Source: Candidatus Eiseniibacteriota bacterium (GTDB taxonomy: Bacteria; Eisenbacteria; RBG-16-71-46). Taken from it: a DNA stretch of 64,000 nucleotides. Shown here piece by piece: positions 57,991 through 64,000 of this stretch. The stretch lies in assembly GCA_963725865.1 (NCBI GenBank), contig CAVSAC010000010.1:832001-896000 (forward strand), in the 5' to 3' direction. A program made the translations under genes and the position numbers. Numbering within the stretch: position 1 is the first letter of the stretch; the number at the start of each line of letters is the position of its first letter. A model generated the notes under the pieces. The model was not told the origin of the DNA. It saw nothing but the letters and a program-made list of their open reading frames with translations, and did no database searches.

Positions 57991-58362
57991 ATGTTCGGAC
58001 GCCTGATGTCGACGCTCGCGGGCGTGTTGTTCATGCTGGGCCTCCTCGGCCTCGAGAGCGCGACGCTGCACGCGATCGTTCCGACCGCGAGCCGCGCGGC
58101 CTCCGGCGCCCAGGCGATGACGCTCGTCCACGCGGGGGCCATCGCCACCCGCGCGCTCACGCAGCAGGCGCTCGCCACTGCGGAGCGGGCGGTCACGCCC
58201 GTCGTCGCGTCGGTGCTCGGCAGCGCGACGGAATTCGCCGCGGCGACCGAGGGCGCGTTCGGCGTCGGCACTCCGCGCGGATGCATCCGCCTGCGGGCGA
58301 TTCCCTGCCGGACCGTCGGCTGCGCGCGCTCGGTGCGGGTCCTGATGGCAGTCCCCAGCTAG
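57991..58362 (+). CDS. Small hypothetical membrane or secreted protein
   Basis: Strong SD GGAGGTG; hydrophobic N-terminus; three Cys-free-to-Cys-containing segments with two Cys near the C-terminus. Confidence 0.55.
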   Translation: MFGRLMSTLAGVLFMLGLLGLESATLHAIVPTASRAASGAQAMTLVHAGAIATRALTQQALATAERAVTPVVASVLGSATEFAAATEGAFGVGTPRGCIRLRAIPCRTVGCARSVRVLMAVPS

Positions 58363-58556
58363 ATTCGTACGCGCTCCGCGCCTGGGGGGGTGCGGATGCG
58401 CGCCGCGCGGCGGCCGACCGGGACCGCCGCGCGAACTCCTGCGCCGCGCCTCGCGTGCTCCACGCGGGGCGCGGTTCTGCTAGCATCGCGTCCCGCACGC
58501 CGGCTCGAGCCGCGTGCGCACGACGGTCGCGAATCCCATGTCCGGAGGTCCCCGAT

Positions 58557-59420
58557 ATGTCCACGCCGATCCAGCGCGCGACCCTGCCCGCCGCGCTCGC
58601 GCTCCTGTCGCTCGTCGCCCCCGCTTCCGCCCAGCTCGCGCTCCCGCGCGTGAGCCCCAACGCCAGCGTGTCGCAGACCATCGGCATCACCGACGTCACC
58701 GTGAAGTACTGCCGCCCCGGCGTGAAGGGGCGCGTCATCTGGGGCCAGCTGGTGCCGCTCGCCCAGCCGTGGCGCACCGGCGCCAACGAGGCGACCTCCT
58801 TCACCACCACCCACGACGTCACCATCAACGGCCAGGCGCTCAAGGCCGGCACCTACGCGTTCTTCACCATCCCGGGCGAGTCGACCTGGCAGGTGGTGTT
58901 CAACACCGACAAGGACCTGTGGGGCGCGGTCGGCTACAAGCCCGAGCACGACGCGCTGCGCGTCACCGTCACGCCCCAGGCGGCCGAGGCGCAGGAGTGG
59001 ATGCGGTTCTCGTTCGAGAACCTGACCCCGAACAGCGCCGACCTGGTGCTGCGCTGGGAGAAGCTCGCGATTCCCGTGACCATCGCGGCGGACGTCAACG
59101 GCATCGTGCTCGCCGGCGTGCGCGACGCCACCTCGAAGGCCAAGAGCGACGACTGGCGCACGCCCTACCAGGCGGCGAACTGGTGCTTCCAGAACACCCA
59201 GGCGATGGACGACGCCGCCAAGTGGCTCGAGAAGTCGCTCGCGGTCAAGACCACCTACGCCAACCTCGGCCTCAAGGCGCGCTGGCTGGCGAAGGACGGC
59301 AAGACCAAGGACGCGATCTCGACCGGCACGAAGGCGATCGAGATGGGCAAGGCCGACCCCGACAAGCCCGACATCTCGGCACTCGAGAAGTCGGTCGCGG
59401 AGTGGACCGCCGCCAAGTAG
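58557..59420 (+). CDS. DUF2911 domain protein
   Basis: LPRVSPNASVSQTIG, Y.RPGVKGR.IWG.LVP..WRTGANEAT, AGTYAFFTIP; C-terminal helical TPR-like part. Confidence 0.9.
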   Translation: MSTPIQRATLPAALALLSLVAPASAQLALPRVSPNASVSQTIGITDVTVKYCRPGVKGRVIWGQLVPLAQPWRTGANEATSFTTTHDVTINGQALKAGTYAFFTIPGESTWQVVFNTDKDLWGAVGYKPEHDALRVTVTPQAAEAQEWMRFSFENLTPNSADLVLRWEKLAIPVTIAADVNGIVLAGVRDATSKAKSDDWRTPYQAANWCFQNTQAMDDAAKWLEKSLAVKTTYANLGLKARWLAKDGKTKDAISTGTKAIEMGKADPDKPDISALEKSVAEWTAAK

Positions 59421-59433
59421 CGCGCACCGACGC

Positions 59434-59470
59434 ACGAAGGCCCGCGGGGCGCACCCCCGCGGGCCTTCGT
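59434..59470. terminator. Bidirectional terminator-like hairpin
   Basis: ACGAAGGCCCGCGGGG-CGCAC-CCCCGCGGGCCTTCGT between convergent genes. Confidence 0.7.
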
Positions 59471-59485
59471 CGTGGAGCGCGGCGC

Positions 59486-61189
59486 TCAGGCGGTCACGGT
59501 GCGGCGCCCGCGCCCCATCCACGGCTCCAGCGCGAGCGCCAGCAGCACCACCAGCGCGCACCCGATCACGTTGTACCAGAGGAACGAGAGGCCCGTGAGC
59601 CGGAAGCACGCGATCACCGCGGCCTCCGCCATCAGTGCCGCGGCGAACACCGCGTTCCCGCCCACGCGCCGGAGGTAGAACGCGGTCAGGAAGATCCCGA
59701 GGATGGTGCCGTAGAACAGCGAGCCCAGGATGTTCACGGCCTCCACCAGCGTGCCGAGGCTGCTGGCCCAGCCGGCGAACGCGATCGCGAACGCGGTCCA
59801 CGCGACGGTCGCGATCCGCGACACGTGCAAGTCGTGGCGCGGGTCCGGCCGGTGGCCGGGCAGCCGGCGCCACACGTCCACCACTGTGGTGGTGGCGAGC
59901 GCGTTCAGCTCCGCCGAGGTGGAGTTCATCGAGGCTGCGAACACCGCGGCGAACACCAGCCCCACCAGCCCCGCCGGCAGCGTGCCGAGCACGAACCAGA
60001 GGAACACGTAGTTGTTGTCGTTGCCGCTCGAGCCCGGGTTGGCCGCGCGCACCAGCGTGGCGCCGGCCGCGCGCGCCGCGCGCATGCGGTCCTCGGCCGC
60101 CCGCAGCGCCGCGGTCGCGCGCGCCTCGGCCGCGGCGTCGTGCCCGTGGCGCGCCGCGACCAGCGCGCGCGCGTCCCGCGCGCGGGCGGCGAACGCCGCG
60201 GCGTGCTCGGACTCGAGCCGCGCCCACGCCGCGGCCTGCGGGCCGTGGGCGGCGCGCGCCGCCTCGACCGGGTTGAAGTGAAGCGGCGGCGCGCGGAACA
60301 GCGTGACCGCGAACACCGTCACTCCGAGTGCCAGGATCACGAGCTGCATCGGCACCTTGAGCATGCCGTTCATCAGCAGGCCGCGCCGGCTCTCGCCCAC
60401 CGAGCGCGCGGTCAGGTAGCGGCCGACCTGCGACTGATCGGTGCCGAAATACGAGAGCTGCAGGAAGAACCCGCCCAGCAGGCCCGACCACAGGTTGTAG
60501 CGGTCGTTCGGATCGAAGTGCAGCTGCACCGCCTCGAGCTTGCCGAGGCGCCCCACCAGGTGCGCGGCGTCGCCGGCGCTCACGCCCGCCGGCAGCGCCG
60601 CCAGCGCGAGCGCGAACGCGACCGCCATGGTCGCGAGGATGATGAGGAACTGCAGCGTGTGGGTGTGGCTCACCGCGCGGCTGCCGCCGGTCGCGGTGTA
60701 CGCCACCACCAGCGCGCCCAGCAGCGCGCAGGTCCACCGCACGTCCCAACCCAGCAGCACCGACAGCACCAGCGCCGGCGCGTAGAGCGTGAGCCCGACC
60801 GCGAGCCCGCGCTGGACGAGGAACAGGCCGGCCGCCAGCGAGCGCGTCTTGGCGTCGAAGCGCCGCTCGAGGAACTCGTACGCCGTGAACACGCGCAGCC
60901 GGTGGTAGAGCGGCACCGCGGTGACCGACAGCACCACCATCGCGAGCGGCAGGCCGAAGTAGAACTGCACGAAGCGCAGCCCGTCCGCGAAGCCCTGTCC
61001 CGGCGTCGACAGGAACGTGATGGCGCTCGCCTGGGTGGCCATCACCGACAGCAGCACCATCGGCCACGGCAGCGAGCGGCCGGAGACCAGGTAGGCGTCG
61101 AGGCTGCCGCGCGCGCGGCCGCGCCACAGCCCGTAGCCCACGAAGAACGCCAGCGCCGCGAGCAGCACCGCCCAGTCGAGCGGCTTCAT
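59486..61189 (-). CDS. Sodium:solute symporter (SSS family)
   Basis: SVMATQASAITF, TAYEFLERRFD, YFGTDQSQVGRYL, AASMNS, GSLFYG. Confidence 0.93.
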   Translation of the reverse strand: MKPLDWAVLLAALAFFVGYGLWRGRARGSLDAYLVSGRSLPWPMVLLSVMATQASAITFLSTPGQGFADGLRFVQFYFGLPLAMVVLSVTAVPLYHRLRVFTAYEFLERRFDAKTRSLAAGLFLVQRGLAVGLTLYAPALVLSVLLGWDVRWTCALLGALVVAYTATGGSRAVSHTHTLQFLIILATMAVAFALALAALPAGVSAGDAAHLVGRLGKLEAVQLHFDPNDRYNLWSGLLGGFFLQLSYFGTDQSQVGRYLTARSVGESRRGLLMNGMLKVPMQLVILALGVTVFAVTLFRAPPLHFNPVEAARAAHGPQAAAWARLESEHAAAFAARARDARALVAARHGHDAAAEARATAALRAAEDRMRAARAAGATLVRAANPGSSGNDNNYVFLWFVLGTLPAGLVGLVFAAVFAASMNSTSAELNALATTTVVDVWRRLPGHRPDPRHDLHVSRIATVAWTAFAIAFAGWASSLGTLVEAVNILGSLFYGTILGIFLTAFYLRRVGGNAVFAAALMAEAAVIACFRLTGLSFLWYNVIGCALVVLLALALEPWMGRGRRTVTA

Positions 61190-61338
61190 CCGAACGCCCG
61201 CGTGAGCGCGATCAGCAGCAGGATCACGAGCACCAGCTCGGCGATCACCACCGCGTAGGCGCGCGGCCACGCCCCGAGCGGCGGGCGCGGCTCGTCGGCG
61301 GGCGCGGGCTCGCGCGGCGGCGGCACGTCCGCGTTCAT
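61186..61338 (-). CDS. 50-aa single-pass membrane protein
   Basis: MNADVPPPREPAPADEPRPPLGAWPRAYAVVIAELVLVILLLIALTRAFG; ATGA overlaps with both neighbours. Confidence 0.8.
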   Translation of the reverse strand: MNADVPPPREPAPADEPRPPLGAWPRAYAVVIAELVLVILLLIALTRAFG

Positions 61339-63854
61339 CGACCGCCGTTCACGAGGTTCAGCAGCAGCCGGTAGGCGCCCGGCACGCCGGCCGGGAGCTG
61401 GCGGAAGAAGCCGTAGCCGTCGTAGATGAACATCCCCTTGCCCACCCGCGCGGCGAGCAGCCCGCCGTCGCGCGCCGGCTCGCCGGGGTCGTGGCTCGAC
61501 AGCAGCGCGTCGTAGTGCGCGTCCCACTGGTCGGCGAAGTAGAGCCCGCGCTCCTGCACCCAGCCCTCGAAGTCGGCGGCGCCGATGCGATGCGGCTTCG
61601 CGAGCAGCACGTGATCGGGCTTCAGCAGCGTGACCGGCGCCTCCTCGACCGTGACGCGGTCGCGCGAGATGCGCAGCGGGTACGGCCACAGCGAGTCGCG
61701 CAGCCCGTCGTCGACCGTGTTGTACTGCACCAGCAGCGTGCCGCCCGCGCGCACCCAGTCGAGCAGCCGCGGCTGGAGCGCGCGCAGGCGCTCGCGCGTG
61801 TTGTACGCGCGCACCCCCGTCACGATGGTCGCGAAGCGCGCCAGGTCCGCGTCGGCGAGGTCGTCGTCGCCGAGCAGCGTGACGTGGTAGCCGCACTGGC
61901 GCAGCGCCTCGGGCACCGCGTCGCCGGGGCCCATCACGTACCCCACCTCGCCGCGGCCGGCGACCAGGTCGGCGCGCACCACGCGCGCCTCGGCGGGCGG
62001 GAACAGCGTCTGCTCGGGGATGTGCGGGTGCGCGATCGTCACCCGCGCGCGGTCCCAGCGCCCGCGGGCGCCCTCGAAGCGCGCGCCGAGCGTGCCCGCG
62101 AACGCGGCGGCACCGGGGCGCACCGTGAACCTCAGCGCCTGCTCGCCGCCGCCACCCGCGAGCGCGACCGCCGCGCGCGCCGGCTCGCAGGTCCAGCCGG
62201 CCGGCAGCGCGAGCGTCACCGTGCCGGCCACCGCGCGCGCGCCCGAACGCGCGGTCACGCGCACCGTCCGCGGCGCCCGGTCGGGGAACACGTACACCGC
62301 GCGGTCGAGCGCGAGCGTGACCGGCGGCTCGATGACCAGCGCGCGATAGCGCTCGCCCTCGACCGGGTCCACGCGCCGCGACAGGAACGGCACCTCGAAG
62401 CCGATCGTGTCGGCGCCGAAGCGCAGCACGAAGCGCGCGACCGGCGCGGCCGGCTCCTCCGGCCAGCCGATCAGCGCCGGATCGTCGACGTGGAAGCGCG
62501 CGCCATCGGCGGGCGCGCGCAGCCAGTAGGGCTGGCTGAGCGGCAGGTCCGCCGGCAGCACCACGGTGGCCTCCGCGGTCAGCGCGCGATTGACCGCCAG
62601 CGCCCGATAGACACCCGCGCGCCGCCCGACGCTGTCGGAGGCCGCGGCCTGCGCGCGGGCGCCGTACGGCAATGCGATGTCCACCAGCGCCGCGGGCGTG
62701 TCGGTGCGCACCAGCGCGAGCAGGTCGAGGTGCACGGTGTCGCCGGGCGCCGCCGCGGGCGGGCTCACGATCGCCTCGATCCACAGCCCCGCGCACGCGC
62801 GGATCACCTCGCGCAGTTCGGCGCGCTTGGCCGCGACGATCGCGTCGGCGGACGGCAGCGCGTCGAGTGCCGCCTTCGCGCGCATCAGCGCCGGCAGCGC
62901 CGCGGCCGGCCGGTCGGGGTCGAACGTGCGCTCGGCGTCGGCGAGTGCCGCGCCCACCGCGGCGCCGCCCGGCACCCGCGCCCACGTCAGGTCGATGCCC
63001 TCGAACAGGTCGGAGTCCGCCGGCGCGCCCGCGCGCAGCTCGAACTGATTCGGGATCCAGCCGCGCCGCTCGGCCGCGCCGAAGCCCTGGCTCTTGTGCA
63101 TGCTGCGGCTCTCGCCCGCGATCTCGGTGAACGAGCGCCCGAGCTCGGGACTGTAGGCACCGAGGTCCACGACCACCCGCCTGGCAGTCGATGGCCCGCC
63201 GCGGAACACGTTCCACATCAGGCGCCGCGCCTGCCACGGCGGACCGCACGCGGGGAAGCGCGCGGGATCGGCGGCCGCCGCGAACGCCTCCTCGGCGAGG
63301 ATCGCGGAGGCGGTGTGGTGCCCGTGGCCGCCGCTGCCGTCGGTCGGGAAGCGCGTGACGATCACGTCGGGCCGCACGCGGCGGATCACGCGCACGACGT
63401 CGCTCAGGATCGAGTCGCGCCCCCACTTGGCGAGCGTCTCGTCGGGCCCCTTCGAGAACCCGAAGTCGACCGCGCGCGTGAACCACTGCTGCGCCCCGTC
63501 GACGCGCCGCGCCTCGAGCAGCTCGTGGGTGCGGATCAGCCCCAGTTGATCGCCGAGCTCGCTGCCGATCAGGTTCTGCCCGCCGTCGCCACGAGTGAGC
63601 GACAGGTAGCCGGTGCGCACCAGCCGGCCCTGCGCGAGCCACGCCAGGAATGCGGTGTTCTCGTCGTCGGGGTGCGCCGCGATGTAGAGCGCGCTGCCCG
63701 TCACCTGGAGCCGGCGCAGCGCCAGCCGCAGCTGGGCGGCGTCCAGTGGCGCCGGCGGCCGCGGATCGGCGAGTGCCGCGAGCGGTGAGAGCACGGCCAG
63801 CACGGCGGCGGTGGCGGCGACGAGGGCGAGGCGGCGCACCGGGATCGAGGACAT
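61335..63854 (-). CDS. Secreted PIG-L/LmbE family deacetylase with NEW3-like and class I glutamine-amidotransferase-like C-terminal domains
   Basis: AHPDDEN, LTRGDGGQN, RAVDFGFSK, GHGHH, SRSMHKSQG; C-terminal GYVMGPGD, WVQERGLYF, FFRQLPAGVPGAYRL. Confidence 0.9.
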   Translation of the reverse strand: MSSIPVRRLALVAATAAVLAVLSPLAALADPRPPAPLDAAQLRLALRRLQVTGSALYIAAHPDDENTAFLAWLAQGRLVRTGYLSLTRGDGGQNLIGSELGDQLGLIRTHELLEARRVDGAQQWFTRAVDFGFSKGPDETLAKWGRDSILSDVVRVIRRVRPDVIVTRFPTDGSGGHGHHTASAILAEEAFAAAADPARFPACGPPWQARRLMWNVFRGGPSTARRVVVDLGAYSPELGRSFTEIAGESRSMHKSQGFGAAERRGWIPNQFELRAGAPADSDLFEGIDLTWARVPGGAAVGAALADAERTFDPDRPAAALPALMRAKAALDALPSADAIVAAKRAELREVIRACAGLWIEAIVSPPAAAPGDTVHLDLLALVRTDTPAALVDIALPYGARAQAAASDSVGRRAGVYRALAVNRALTAEATVVLPADLPLSQPYWLRAPADGARFHVDDPALIGWPEEPAAPVARFVLRFGADTIGFEVPFLSRRVDPVEGERYRALVIEPPVTLALDRAVYVFPDRAPRTVRVTARSGARAVAGTVTLALPAGWTCEPARAAVALAGGGGEQALRFTVRPGAAAFAGTLGARFEGARGRWDRARVTIAHPHIPEQTLFPPAEARVVRADLVAGRGEVGYVMGPGDAVPEALRQCGYHVTLLGDDDLADADLARFATIVTGVRAYNTRERLRALQPRLLDWVRAGGTLLVQYNTVDDGLRDSLWPYPLRISRDRVTVEEAPVTLLKPDHVLLAKPHRIGAADFEGWVQERGLYFADQWDAHYDALLSSHDPGEPARDGGLLAARVGKGMFIYDGYGFFRQLPAGVPGAYRLLLNLVNGGR

Positions 63855-64000
63855 GCGGAACGACCTCCGTGGGTGTCGAGCCGATCGGAACGAGGTTGTC
63901 GCGCGCGCGGCGTGGCGCGCGGGGTGCGGCATGCTAGCACGGCCCTCGCGCGGGCGCGGCGACCGGCGACGTGCGCGGTCCAGGAGGGTGCGAACGCGGC

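Overview
This is a very GC-rich, densely coding bacterial window with about 42 genes and no rRNA, tRNA, CRISPR array or transposase that I can recognise. Several secreted proteins end in FlgD-Ig/T9SS-like domains or in a short 'SWGxxKxRY' tail, which suggests an FCB-related candidate lineage such as Ca. Eisenbacteria (inference). The content is mostly peptide and glycan scavenging: a TonB-dependent receptor, a CBM9-like protein, GH31, MalQ, a VPS10/BNR protein, an OPT and two POT transporters, M1/M24/S9 and HExxH peptidases, and a PIG-L/SSS operon. argJ, pckG and a DRG-like GTPase are also present. Highlights: (1) an ECF sigma factor coupled to a signal-peptide-bearing TPR-CHAT (caspase-like) protease, divergent from a double zf-HC2 membrane anti-sigma and a secreted protein; (2) a thioredoxin-TPR gene with an in-frame TGA at the first Cys of its CxxC motif (WAPW-U-HTC), a candidate selenoprotein; (3) a structured 5' leader that sequesters the SD and AUG of an ankyrin gene; (4) two intergenic multi-hairpin elements with CAGGA(T/A)G loops; (5) two related LacI-type palindromes upstream of the glycan-uptake locus and pckG. 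Six apparent frameshifts in five genes look like assembly indel errors. All product calls come from motif recognition only; no database searches were run.
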